A stretch of 64,000 nt of DNA from Deferrisomatales bacterium. Its GTDB lineage: Bacteria; Desulfobacterota; Deferrisomatia; Deferrisomatales; JACRMM01. This document shows positions 46,986-56,751 of this stretch, in pieces. Below the pieces are notes generated by a model. That model was not told the origin of the DNA. It searched no databases and worked only from the letters and a program-made list of their open reading frames with translations. Within the stretch, counting starts at the first letter, position 1; every line of letters begins with the position of its first letter. The translations under genes were made by a program, and so were the position numbers. Location: assembly GCA_033551855.1 (NCBI GenBank), contig JAWSUI010000004.1, positions 32,001-96,000 of the forward strand. Reading direction: 5' to 3'.

Positions 46986-47486
46986 CAGGAGGGCGTGTCT
47001 CTCGTCTCACCCCATTCCCAACCGTCGTCGGAGCTTCCGGCCATTCCATGGGTGCGAAGAACCATCGTGTTCTCGCGCAGAGGCGCCGGGAAGGAACCAA
47101 GCCAAGGCTCCTCTGCGTCAGAGTCGCCGGGCGAGGGAGAGCGCTTCGTCCGAACAGGGACGCGCCCCCGCAAGAAAACCAGATCGGCACAGAAATCGTA
47201 GGCGCAGCGGCTCTCGGCCATCGGGAGCCAGGTCCCGGACTTCTCGTGCCCGTCTACGAAAGGGCGCCGCGAGAGATCTTCAGGGCGCACGCGGCCCCAG
47301 GCTTCCCTCCCCTTCACGCCCTCCCCCTCCCGACCTCCCCCTTGAAGGGGGAGGGGCAAACAGGGGGCGGATGCCGCTCACACAGATCGCAACGGAACCG
47401 GAATCCCTCACGCGGCATCGCGCCACGCCTCCAGGCCCTCGATCGGGGCGTTGCCGAGGTTTCGCCTGAGCGGGGGCGATGGTAGC

Positions 47487-47858
47487 ATGGGGATCCAGCG
47501 GCTCGGGGGGCGGGCCGGGGAAGGGGATGAGCCGGTGGGAGGCGACAAGGTCATCCGGGTGGACTTTCGCAGGGGCCGTGGCCGGGCGCCCGGGGGGTTC
47601 GGCGGAGGCCCGCGGCTTCTCCTGGGCGTGTTCCTGGGGGTCTTGACGGTGGAGCTGCTCCTGGTGTCGGCCCTCTTCCCGGAAACGATTGCGTCGTTCT
47701 TCTTCGGCCCCACGGTGATCGCGGTGGCCGTGATCGCCACCCTCTGGACCCGGCGGGTCATCGCCCGGGCCCAGGTGTCCCGCCTCCACCGTCGGACGGT
47801 CCGGCGGGCCCGGGACGTGGACGGCCCGGACGACCACCGAGGGCACACCCTACACTGA
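47487..47858 (+). CDS. Hypothetical two-TM membrane protein
   Basis: DKVIRVDFRR then two hydrophobic segments; GC3-biased codons. Confidence 0.65.
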   Translation: MGIQRLGGRAGEGDEPVGGDKVIRVDFRRGRGRAPGGFGGGPRLLLGVFLGVLTVELLLVSALFPETIASFFFGPTVIAVAVIATLWTRRVIARAQVSRLHRRTVRRARDVDGPDDHRGHTLH

Positions 47859-47964
47859 ATCGGGAGGGCCGATCCGCCGATCCCGGTGCACCGGATCCCG
47901 GATCCCGGGAACCGGGGGAGACGTGCGGGCCGGGCTTGCCGGCTGCCTGCCTCGAGGGGCACCC

Positions 47965-48996
47965 ATGAGACTTCGTTTCACCCGGACGAACGGGCCTGTA
48001 GACGAGGCCATCGACAGGCTTGTCGAACAGGTCGGGCCCGTGCACCACCCGGACCTGGTGCGGGAGATGATCCTGGCCGCCCTCAAGGCAGGCCAGGAGG
48101 ACGAGGAACGGGCCGACCTGCGGCTGATGAACATCTCACTGAAGGAGATGCGGTTCACGGCAAAGGTGTTCGGGCCCTACCGGCACGTCCGAAAGGTCAC
48201 GGTGTTCGGGTCGGCGCGCACCCGCCCCGAGGAGCCCATCTACCGAATCGCCCGGCTCTTCGGCAGGCGGTTGGCCGAGGCGGGGTACATGGTGATCACG
48301 GGCGGGGGCGCGGGCATCATGCACGCCGCCAACGAGGGGGCCGGCGCGGAGCACTCCTTCGGGGTGAATATCCAGCTCCCCTTCGAGCAGCACCCCAACC
48401 CGATCCTCATCGGGAACCCGCGGCTCATCAACTACCACTACTTCTTCAACCGCAAGGTGGCGTTTCTGCGGGAGGCACACGCGGTGGCCCTGTTCCCCGG
48501 GGGGTTCGGCACCCTGGACGAGGCCATGGAGACCTTGACCCTGATCCAGACCGGAAAGAGGCCGCCTCTCCCGCTCGTCTTGGTGGACGAGCCGGGCGGC
48601 ACGTACTGGAACCGGTGGATTCACTTCCTGGAAGAAGAGCTCCTGACCGAGGGGTACATCGGCGAGTCGGATTTTCGTCTCTTCACGCGGGTGGACTCGG
48701 TGGATGACGCCGTGCGCGAGATCGACCGCTTCTACCGCAGGTACCACAGCCTTCGCTGGGTCAGCGGGCGCCTGGTGGTGCGGCTCACCTCGGAGCTCGA
48801 GCCCGCCGCCGTGCGGGACCTGGAGGGGCGCTTTGCACCGATCCTCACCCCCCAGGGGGGCATCCGCCCTTCCGGGGCCCTGGAAGCCGAGGCCGACGAG
48901 CCCGAGATCGGCCACCTCCCGCGCTTGGTGGTCGATTTCGCCCGCAGCGACTTCGGTGGTTTGAGGCGGCTCATCGATGCCATCAACGAGTACTGA
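47965..48996 (+). CDS. LOG family (TIGR00730) nucleosidase-like protein
   Basis: VFGSAR, ITGGG.GIM.A.N.GA, I.LPFEQ..N, YFF.RK, PGGFGTLDE. Confidence 0.92.
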   Translation: MRLRFTRTNGPVDEAIDRLVEQVGPVHHPDLVREMILAALKAGQEDEERADLRLMNISLKEMRFTAKVFGPYRHVRKVTVFGSARTRPEEPIYRIARLFGRRLAEAGYMVITGGGAGIMHAANEGAGAEHSFGVNIQLPFEQHPNPILIGNPRLINYHYFFNRKVAFLREAHAVALFPGGFGTLDEAMETLTLIQTGKRPPLPLVLVDEPGGTYWNRWIHFLEEELLTEGYIGESDFRLFTRVDSVDDAVREIDRFYRRYHSLRWVSGRLVVRLTSELEPAAVRDLEGRFAPILTPQGGIRPSGALEAEADEPEIGHLPRLVVDFARSDFGGLRRLIDAINEY

Positions 48997-49002
48997 CCGG
49001 TC

Positions 49003-50274
49003 ATGAGAGACCGTTGGAGAGAGCTCCAGGAGGGGCTGCAGGCCGCCCGGGGGCGTCGACGGGCGCGGCGCCGGCTGGCGGCCGTCCTCCTCGGCCTCCT
49101 GGTCCTGTCGGGGTACGCGGCCGGGCGACTGGCGCCGCGGTTCGAGGCGCCCGGGCCCCGCCCCGAGGCGCAGGTGCCGGAGCTCCCCCTCCCGGGCCCG
49201 ACCTTTCGCGAGCTTCTCGGGCAAACGACTTGGCCCACACCCACCTTGGGCGCGGACGGGGGCTACGAGGAGTGGATGGAGGGGCACCGGGTCCGCTACA
49301 CCCTGGACCCCGAGCTCCAGGAACAGGCTCTCTCGGTGTTCCGCCGGTATCGGGTGCCCTACGGTGCGTTGGTGGCCATGGAGCCGGCTACGGGGAAGCT
49401 CCTGGCCCTGGCGGAGTACTCCCACCAGGAGCCGGACCTTCGGGATTTCTGCCGTCGGGCCACGTATCCGGCGGCGAGCCTGATCAAGATGGTGACGGCC
49501 GTGGCAGTGCTGGAGGCGGAGGTGGCCGAGCCCGAGACGGAAATCCGCTTCGAGGGAAATCCCTACCGGCTCTTCCCCCGGAAGATAGAGCCAGGTAATC
49601 GGGCGCGGGAAAACAACGCCAGCACCGTCGCCGAGGCCTTCGGTACCTCGAACAACGTGATCTTCGCCAAGCTCGGCGTGGAGCTGGGGCCCGAGTTCCT
49701 GGAGGACGCCCTGGAGCGCTTTGGTTTCAACCGGTCGATTCCCTTCGAGTTTCCCCTCCAGGAAAGCAGGGCCACGGTGCCCCGGGACCGATACCCCCTG
49801 GGCCGCACCGCGGCCGGGTTCGGGGCTGTCTACCTGAGCCCGGTGCACGCGGCGCTGATGGCCGCCGCCGTGGGCAACGGCGGGGTGATGATGCGGCCCT
49901 ACCTGGTGGGGGCCGTGGAGGACGGCAACGGGAGGCTGCTCTATCAGGCCGCACCCGCGCCCCTGCTCCGCACCACCAGTCCCGAGGTCGCCCGCCGCGT
50001 GCGCGAGATGATGGTGAAGACGGTCACCCGGGGCACCTCTTCCCGGGTGTTTCATCGGTATGCCCGCCGACTGTCTCGGGACGTGGGGGTGGCCGGCAAG
50101 ACCGGGAGCCTCACGGGGAACGACCCGCCGGGCCGGTACGAGTGGTTCGTCGGCTTCGCCCCCCTGGAGGACCCGAAGATTGCGGTGGCGAGCCTGATCG
50201 TCAACCACGACCTGTGGCACATCAAGGGCACTTACGTGGCCCAGGCCGTCATGAAGGAATTCTTCGGGATGTGA
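49003..50274 (+). CDS. Penicillin-binding protein, transpeptidase domain
   Basis: SLIK (SxxK), SNN (SxN), GKTGS; N-terminal TM. Confidence 0.92.
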   Translation: MRDRWRELQEGLQAARGRRRARRRLAAVLLGLLVLSGYAAGRLAPRFEAPGPRPEAQVPELPLPGPTFRELLGQTTWPTPTLGADGGYEEWMEGHRVRYTLDPELQEQALSVFRRYRVPYGALVAMEPATGKLLALAEYSHQEPDLRDFCRRATYPAASLIKMVTAVAVLEAEVAEPETEIRFEGNPYRLFPRKIEPGNRARENNASTVAEAFGTSNNVIFAKLGVELGPEFLEDALERFGFNRSIPFEFPLQESRATVPRDRYPLGRTAAGFGAVYLSPVHAALMAAAVGNGGVMMRPYLVGAVEDGNGRLLYQAAPAPLLRTTSPEVARRVREMMVKTVTRGTSSRVFHRYARRLSRDVGVAGKTGSLTGNDPPGRYEWFVGFAPLEDPKIAVASLIVNHDLWHIKGTYVAQAVMKEFFGM

Positions 50275-50276
50275 GG

Positions 50277-50804
50277 ATGAGCGACGGCGTGAAGCTGCTC
50301 AGGTCCCCGCGGCGGCCCGAAGTGGAGATCCGGGAGATGGAGATCGATGATCTCGCGGTGGTCTTCCACATGGGCGACCGCACCTTCACCTCGGAGACCC
50401 CGAACCTGTACCGCACGTGGGACGAGTACGAGGTCACGGGGCTCTTCACCACCGAGCCGGGGTACTGCCTGGTCGCCGAGGACCGGGAGTCGGGCAAGGT
50501 CGTCGGGTTTGCCATGGGAACGACCGTGACCAAACCGCGCTCCCCCTGGAAGTACGGATACCTGGTGTGGATGGCGGTGCACCACGAGTTCCGCAAGCTC
50601 GGCATCGGCGACCGGCTCGTGCGCCGGCTGGCGGATCGGATGGTGGAGCAGGGGGTGCGGATCCTGCTCGTGGACACCGATGCCAAGAACCTCCAGGCGC
50701 TGGCCTTCTTTCGGGCTCAGGGCTTCGAGCACCCCCACCCCCACGTGTATCTGAGCATGAATCTCGATGACCTTCGCCGGAAGCGGCAGAAAAAGGGAGC
50801 CTGA
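50277..50804 (+). CDS. GNAT family N-acetyltransferase
   Basis: IREMEIDDL, VGFAMG, FRKLGIG, NLQALAFF...GF. Confidence 0.9.
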   Translation: MSDGVKLLRSPRRPEVEIREMEIDDLAVVFHMGDRTFTSETPNLYRTWDEYEVTGLFTTEPGYCLVAEDRESGKVVGFAMGTTVTKPRSPWKYGYLVWMAVHHEFRKLGIGDRLVRRLADRMVEQGVRILLVDTDAKNLQALAFFRAQGFEHPHPHVYLSMNLDDLRRKRQKKGA

Positions 50805-51874
50805 TGCCGGAGGTGCGTCCGGAGCGGGTGCAGGAGGTCTTCTGGGGGCTGGTAGAGCGCTACAGCCCCTCGGGGAAGGAGCAGGAGGCGCTGACCTACC
50901 TCGAGGAGGTGTGCGCCGCCCACGGCTGTCCGTACGGGGTGCAGCCGGTGGACGAGGACCGGTACAACCTCGTGCTCGGCAGGCCCGATGCGCCGCTGGT
51001 CTTCGTGGGGCACGTGGACACCGTGGATGCCTGGGACCTGGAGGACTTTGGCCCGGCGGAGGTCGGCGGGGGGTGGGTGCGGGGGCTGGGCGCGGCGGAC
51101 ATGAAGGGTGGGTGTGCCGCGCTCCTGGAGGCCTACCTCGTGCTGCGGGAGGCCGGGCTCGGGCGGGAGGTCGGCCTGGCCCTGGTGGTGGGGGAGGAGG
51201 AGGAAGGGGACGGGGCCGCCGCCTTCCTGCGGGAGGCCCGGCCGGGCCGGGTCGTGATCGCCGAGCCCACGGGGCTGCAGTTGTGCACCGGTCACTACGG
51301 GTACGTGGAGGCGGTCTTGTCGGCCCGGGGCCGCCGCGCCCACGCGAGCGTTCCCGAGCTCGGCCGGAATGCCGCCGAGGCCGTCCTCACCGTCCTCCAC
51401 GGGCTCCTCCAGGAACCTTCCCTGGCCGCCAAGGACGGCCCGGTGCTGAGCATCCGCCATCTGGAGACCTCCAATCCGGGCTTCGCCGTGCCCGCCCGGG
51501 CCGCGGCCTGGGTGGATCTCCACGTGCCCCCCGCCTATCGGGTGGAGCGGGTGATCGGCGTCGTGGACCGGGTCGTGGCCTCGGCGGGCGGCGACGCGGT
51601 GACCGTGAATTACCCCTGCCGCCACGAGGGGTTCTCCCTCGACGACGACGACCCCACGATCCGCGCATACCGATCGGCCGGGGGGCGGGATTTCGGCGTG
51701 TTTCGCAGCCACAGCGACGGGAACCTCTTCCACGCCGCGGGGGTCCCCGCCGCTCTCCTGGGGCCCGGCAGCCTCGACTACGCCCACACGGAGGAAGAGC
51801 GGGTGGAGTTGGCCGAGGTGATCGAGGCGGCGTGGGTCTTCGTGCGCCTGGCGCGCTCCTTCCCGGGGGTGTGA
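50804..51874 (+). CDS. M20 family metallopeptidase/deacylase
   Basis: GHVDTV, GLGAADMKGG, GEEE, AEPT, AHAS, GPG..AHT.EE. Confidence 0.92.
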   Translation: MPEVRPERVQEVFWGLVERYSPSGKEQEALTYLEEVCAAHGCPYGVQPVDEDRYNLVLGRPDAPLVFVGHVDTVDAWDLEDFGPAEVGGGWVRGLGAADMKGGCAALLEAYLVLREAGLGREVGLALVVGEEEEGDGAAAFLREARPGRVVIAEPTGLQLCTGHYGYVEAVLSARGRRAHASVPELGRNAAEAVLTVLHGLLQEPSLAAKDGPVLSIRHLETSNPGFAVPARAAAWVDLHVPPAYRVERVIGVVDRVVASAGGDAVTVNYPCRHEGFSLDDDDPTIRAYRSAGGRDFGVFRSHSDGNLFHAAGVPAALLGPGSLDYAHTEEERVELAEVIEAAWVFVRLARSFPGV

Positions 51875-52011
51875 CGGTTCGCCGCCTCCCGGCCGTGCCG
51901 AGGAGGTGTGGCCGGGGTCCCGGCGCCGCCGGCGCGGCCGCTTGCAGCATCCCCCGGCAGTGTTACTCTTCGGGTCCGCCCGCTGCCGCACGGTCGAGAG
52001 GAGACGATTCG

Positions 52012-52392
52012 ATGGAAGAGGACGTGGAAGTCTACGACGTGGAAGAGGCAGCCCGCGTGGTGTCGGACCGGACCGGGATGGAACGGGACGCCGTGGAGGA
52101 GATCCTCGAGGCCGAATTCCTCTTCCAGGCGGCGTTGGGAGCCATCGAGATCCCGGAGGACGACGAGGGCGAGGAGTTCATGGAGGAGGTCCGCCAGCTT
52201 CGGGAGGCCCACGGGGACCTGATTCCCGCCGTCGATGCGGACCTGGACGAACTGGACGACCTCGACGACCGCCTCGTCACCTTCGTCAGCCGGCTCACCG
52301 GCGCGGAGCCCGCGGCCGTCGAGGACGTGCTGGACGAGCACATCCTGTACCTGGAGGAGCAGGGGCTCCTGGAGCCGGCCGAGGAAGAGTGA
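52012..52392 (+). CDS. Highly acidic small hypothetical protein
   Basis: 126 aa, very Asp/Glu-rich, with an internal repeat; GAGGAG RBS. Confidence 0.8.
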   Translation: MEEDVEVYDVEEAARVVSDRTGMERDAVEEILEAEFLFQAALGAIEIPEDDEGEEFMEEVRQLREAHGDLIPAVDADLDELDDLDDRLVTFVSRLTGAEPAAVEDVLDEHILYLEEQGLLEPAEEE

Positions 52393-52460
52393 GCGGAAGA
52401 GGGTCTGGTGCACCGACCGGCCCCCCGGGGCCTGGCAGCCGCGAGGGTGGGGATGGCCCT

Positions 52461-53183
52461 TCAGGCCTCGGTGCGGCGCACTCCGCCCCGAGGGGTCCAC
52501 GGCGGGGGGCCCTCGGGGGGTAGTGGTTCGAAACACTCCACCCAGTAGCCGATGCGCGCTTTCTGGAAGCCCTCCACCTTCAGCCCCACCTGTTGCCCCG
52601 GTTTCGCTTCCCGCACGGCATCGGGCCCGATGTGCAGGGAGGCGATCTTGCCCTCGTGCATCGGCCCGGCCGGCCCGATCACGCGATAGCGCTTCCCCAG
52701 GGCCAACGTGCCCTCCAGCACTTCACAGCCCAGGATCATCCCTCTTCGGCTGCCCTTGAAGAGGGCGATCACCTTGGCCCGGGCGGTGACCCGTTCCCCG
52801 GGGGGACTCGGGACGAGGCTCCGGGCGATGCGGCGCGCGTCCTCCGAGAGGTGGTAGATCACCTCGTAGAGCCGCACCTCCACGCCCTGCTCGCGCGCGT
52901 GCTCCTCCACTCGCGGGCCCGCCGGCACCTGGAACCCCAGGACGAGCTTGCTGCCGGTGGCCGCCATGAGCACGTCCGACTGGGTCACTTCCCCCACTCC
53001 GGCCTGGATCACGCGGAGCTCCACCCCCTGCGGCGCGGCGCCGGCCAGCGCTGCCGCGGCCGCCTCCAGGGTGCCTGCGGTGTCCGCTTTGAGGACCAAC
53101 TCCAGGACGGTGGCGGCCGAGGCGCCCGGTAGGGGGGCGGCGGCAGGCGGCGGGGGAGGCGGGTGGCGCTTGCGGTGGGACAC
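52461..53183 (-). CDS. Stand-alone IF2 C-terminal (C1+C2) domain protein lacking GTPase
   Basis: LKADTAGTLEA, GVGEVTQSDVLMA, VLGFQV, YEVIYHL, GCEV..G, I.SL, VREAK.GQQVG. Confidence 0.82.
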   Translation of the reverse strand: MSHRKRHPPPPPPAAAPLPGASAATVLELVLKADTAGTLEAAAAALAGAAPQGVELRVIQAGVGEVTQSDVLMAATGSKLVLGFQVPAGPRVEEHAREQGVEVRLYEVIYHLSEDARRIARSLVPSPPGERVTARAKVIALFKGSRRGMILGCEVLEGTLALGKRYRVIGPAGPMHEGKIASLHIGPDAVREAKPGQQVGLKVEGFQKARIGYWVECFEPLPPEGPPPWTPRGGVRRTEA

Positions 53184-53336
53184 CGGGTCACTCCGGAGTG
53201 CGGGGCGGCGGCCTCGGGGAAACATACCCCCGTGCCGTCGCTCCCGCCAGTGGCCCCCGATCCTGGGAGGCTCGGCCTCCGGTGCCCGAAGGGCTCTCGG
53301 CCGGCTTCCCGGCACCCGGCGACGGAGGACGGGGCC

Positions 53337-55055
53337 TCAGGCCGGGGGTGTCCTCGCCGCTTCGGCGAAGCGGAACCGGGGAAGCGTCGCGGCCTCCCGG
53401 GCGACCGGCTCCAAAACTTCGTCGGTGAACAGCAACGCGTGCCTCGACCCGTCGCTGAGCAGCACAGCCCCGCCGGGCTCGCGGCGCATGTCTCCGTCCT
53501 CCGGGACGAGGCGGAACTGCAGGCTCCGCAGCTCCCGGGCCTTGAGCCGGGCGAGGGGCCCGGACAGGTCGCGCTTCAAGGACCGAAAGGGCCGCCGCAG
53601 GTCTTCCAAGGTGGCGTAGCCCCGCTGTCGAATCCGGTCCGCCACCCTTCCGGGAAGGGGGGCCGCTCGGGCCACGAGGTCGGGCGGGATGGCCAGCACG
53701 GATCCCGCCACGGAGGCCAGATAGGCAGGAGACGGCGCCGGCTCCTGTGGTTCCGGACCCTGGCTCTGGACGTCGCCGCCGCTGGCCGACGCTCCTCCGG
53801 AGGACTCCCCCTGGTGCGGGTCCAGGGCGTGAACGCTGGCGGTGAGCGCTTCCAGGGCGTCGTAGACGCGCTGGAGCTCCGACTGCCGGAAAGGGGAGGG
53901 GAGAGTCGGTCCGGCCCGTGCCTCGTCCGCCCCACGCTCCGCCTCCGGCACGGCGGCGAGGCGGCAGGCCAGCTCCAGCGCCGAGGTGAGCTCCCCCTGC
54001 ACCACGTCGCAGAAGCCGGCGCCGTCCATTCCCGTGCCGGACGGCGCGTCGGGGGAAGACTCGCGCCACCGCTCTGCCTGGGCGCGCACCGTGCTCTGCA
54101 GGCCCTGGAGGCACGCCAGCAGCCGTTCGGCCGTGCCGCCGGAGTGGTCCGCCGGCCGCTCGGGCGGCGGCTCCGGCCTGTCGGCGCCGGCTTCGGGTTC
54201 GGCATCGTCCGCTTCCCGGGGGCCGGGCGGGTGCCCGCCGGCGTCCCGTGGAAGCGCCGGGTTGGCCTCTTGGCCCAGGGAGCCCGCGCCCTGTTCGAGC
54301 TCTCCCCCAGGTGCGGGTGGAAAGCCCAGGGCTTCCGTCTCCGGTTGGGCCTGGTGTCTCTCCCAGGGGATGGGGGCCTCCTCGGGCTCGGCAGCGCCCC
54401 GAACCAGGGCTTCTTCGGAGACCGGCTCCTGGGCAGTTGCCGCCACGGGGGTGATTCCCTCCCCCCGCCTGCCCCCGGCCGGAGGCGAAGGTCGGTCGGC
54501 GGCCGCGGGCTGCGGCTGCGCCTTCTCGTCCGGCCGCCTCCGCACCTCGGCCTGGAGTCGTCGGTACTCTTCCAGGATCCCCGCCACCGCGGTCTTCTTC
54601 TCGGAGGCGGACGGCGGCGGCTCTGCGAGCAGGGTCTCCAGGGCGCTCAGGGAGGCCGTCGGGAACCCGACCGCGAGGGGGTTCGCCCCCTCGCCGGCGG
54701 CACGGAGGTACTTGCCGACCTTCCCGGCCATCTCGAGTACCGCATCGACGTGCCGCTCCCCCCCGAACCCCTCCCGCAGCGCGGATACCTGGTGCTCGAA
54801 GGCGCGGATCCCTTCCTCCTCGACCTCCCATTCCAGGGAGAGGACCGCTTCCCGCAACCCGTTGAGGACGGGGGAGCCGCCGAGCGGCCCGCTGCCGGCG
54901 TGGGCTTCTTCGCCCACCTCTTCCCGGGCCGCCCCGGTCATCTGCATCGTCGGGAAGGGGGAGTTGGGCACGAACAGCCGGTCAATGGCCTGGTCGATGT
55001 AGGCGTCGATCTCTGCCGCGTCGATGGTCTCGAGCGACCGGTCGGTGGTGTCCAT
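53337..55055 (-). CDS. Hypothetical protein downstream of mglA (helical N-domain, low-complexity linker, possible CheW-like C-terminus)
   Basis: LREAVLSLEWE...GKYL; C-terminal YLASVAGSVLAIP...VLLSDG...LLFTDEV; GGAGG RBS. Confidence 0.7.
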   Translation of the reverse strand: MDTTDRSLETIDAAEIDAYIDQAIDRLFVPNSPFPTMQMTGAAREEVGEEAHAGSGPLGGSPVLNGLREAVLSLEWEVEEEGIRAFEHQVSALREGFGGERHVDAVLEMAGKVGKYLRAAGEGANPLAVGFPTASLSALETLLAEPPPSASEKKTAVAGILEEYRRLQAEVRRRPDEKAQPQPAAADRPSPPAGGRRGEGITPVAATAQEPVSEEALVRGAAEPEEAPIPWERHQAQPETEALGFPPAPGGELEQGAGSLGQEANPALPRDAGGHPPGPREADDAEPEAGADRPEPPPERPADHSGGTAERLLACLQGLQSTVRAQAERWRESSPDAPSGTGMDGAGFCDVVQGELTSALELACRLAAVPEAERGADEARAGPTLPSPFRQSELQRVYDALEALTASVHALDPHQGESSGGASASGGDVQSQGPEPQEPAPSPAYLASVAGSVLAIPPDLVARAAPLPGRVADRIRQRGYATLEDLRRPFRSLKRDLSGPLARLKARELRSLQFRLVPEDGDMRREPGGAVLLSDGSRHALLFTDEVLEPVAREAATLPRFRFAEAARTPPA

Positions 55056-55080
55056 GGCGCCTCCCTTCGGGGAACGGCTG

Positions 55081-55692
55081 TCAGCGGCCCAACAGTTTTC
55101 GGGTGACGTGCTTGACGGTACGCTTGCTGATCTCCCGGAGGGTCTCGAAGACTCCGTCCCCCTGGAGGGCGCTCGCCGGAAACGCCCCCGCACGGAGGTC
55201 CCGGTTGAGGCCCCGGTCGAGCTCCTCGAGGGGGATGAGGGGCACGCCCTCCCGGTCGAGATCCCGCTTGTTGTACTGGAATACGAGGGGCAGCTGGGCG
55301 AGGTCCATCTGCTCCTGTGCGAGGTTCTTCCGGAGGTCTTCCAGGCTCTCCAGGTTCTGTTCCCACTGTTCCGCCCGGGAGTCCGCCACGAAGACGACCC
55401 CATCGACCCCCCGTAGCACGAGCTTGCGGGTCGTCGTGTACATGATCTGCCCCGGAACCGTGTACAGCTGGATACGGATGTTCATCTTGTGGATCTTGCC
55501 CAAGGCGAGGGGGAGAAAGTCGAAGAAGAGTGTGCGGTCGCCTTGCGTGTCGATCTTGATCATCTTGCCGCGGACGGCTTCGGCCATTGCCTCGTGCAAA
55601 TGCGCCAGATTGGTCGTCTTGCCGCAACGACCTGGGCCGTAGTATACGATCTTGACTTGTATTTCGCTGCGCGCTAGATTTACGAATGACAC
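55081..55692 (-). CDS. mglA: MglA family small GTPase
   Basis: KIVYYGPGRCGKTTN, DRTLFFDF, TVPGQ, DGVVFVADS, NKRD. Confidence 0.95.
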   Translation of the reverse strand: MSFVNLARSEIQVKIVYYGPGRCGKTTNLAHLHEAMAEAVRGKMIKIDTQGDRTLFFDFLPLALGKIHKMNIRIQLYTVPGQIMYTTTRKLVLRGVDGVVFVADSRAEQWEQNLESLEDLRKNLAQEQMDLAQLPLVFQYNKRDLDREGVPLIPLEELDRGLNRDLRAGAFPASALQGDGVFETLREISKRTVKHVTRKLLGR

Positions 55693-56099
55693 GTCGCGGC
55701 TCCCACGTTCAATATATTCGTGATCTCTTCTGTTATTGTTGCAATGCGCAGGCGGATGAGTCCCAGTGGAACGTTCTTTCCGAAAATAGTTATGATAAAA
55801 TAATTCTCGCCCAATTTCGTATAGTGAACATTTTCATTCTTCCCTTTATGGAAAAGGAGAGCGAAGTCCTTTTCTCCTATGAGCTTTGCGATCTCCTCCG
55901 TGGCCCCGTAGTTGGCTGCGGAGAGCGCGGCCAGGGCCACGATGTCCAGGGTCGACGGGTCCCCCCGGTGGACCAGCACGTGGCCGGCCCGGTCCACGAG
56001 CAGGACGCAGTCGGCGCCGGCGCGCAGGAGGTTCCGGTCCAAGAGGGAAGCGATGTCTTCCAGTGCATCCCTGCACAGGACGGTGTCCACAGGTCTCAC
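55680..56099 (-). CDS. mglB: Roadblock/LC7 domain protein (MglB-like)
   Basis: LLVDRAG, ALAALSAANYGATEEIAKLIGE..F..LFHKG, LGLIRL. Confidence 0.9.
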   Translation of the reverse strand: MRPVDTVLCRDALEDIASLLDRNLLRAGADCVLLVDRAGHVLVHRGDPSTLDIVALAALSAANYGATEEIAKLIGEKDFALLFHKGKNENVHYTKLGENYFIITIFGKNVPLGLIRLRIATITEEITNILNVGAATCHS

Positions 56100-56400
56100 C
56101 CCTCCGGCGGTGGGAGGCGGCCGCGTGCTGCACGCCGGGCGGCCCTCGGATTCGTTGCTCGCACGGCGTTAGGTATCGTCCGACATTTCCGACACCTTGA
56201 GCGGTCTCCCCCCCGCCAGCCGCCCAGACCGCGCACGTCTTCTGCCTCGCCCGCAGCTGCGCACACCTCTCGAGGCGGGAAGGCTCGGGGGCGCGCCTGT
56301 CCGGATTGCCCCCCGTCTTCTGCCCAGGTGGGCGGTCCAGCCGGTCGTCTCCCGGCCGGCCTCCGCGCCCGATACGGGGGTGTGACGGCCGCCTCCCGCG

Positions 56401-56605
56401 TCAAGATCCACGACCAGATTCTCGGGCGGGGCCGGGGAGCCGTGGAGCGCAGCCCCGCATCGCCTCGACCGACCCGCAGAAGCCGGCGCAAGCGGGTGAA
56501 GCCCGGCGTACCGGAGGCTGCGGCGCCTCCCCTTCGAATCGCCGCGGATCGCGGGGCGGAGCGGAGGGGCTCCCCGGCCCCGGGCACGTGCCCGGTGGAT
56601 TCAGG
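56401..56605 (-). repeat. Dispersed element family A, full copy 3
   Basis: Reverse complement aligns end to end with 8257-8464; 15-bp perfect arms 56427-56441/56568-56582. Confidence 0.82.
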
Positions 56606-56751
56606 CGCGAGTCCTCCCTTGTGTCGGAACCCGGTCGTGTCGCATCATCGCGAGCCTTGGGCAGTACGATGGGAACGTCGCCGGCCCCCCGGGAGCTCGC
56701 CGCCGAAGGCCGGCGTGGCGGGATCCTCCGGCACGGTGCGCATCCAAGGCG

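Noticed and set aside
47865..47915. gatcccg-like short repeats upstream of the LOG gene
   Set aside because: Too short and degenerate to assign
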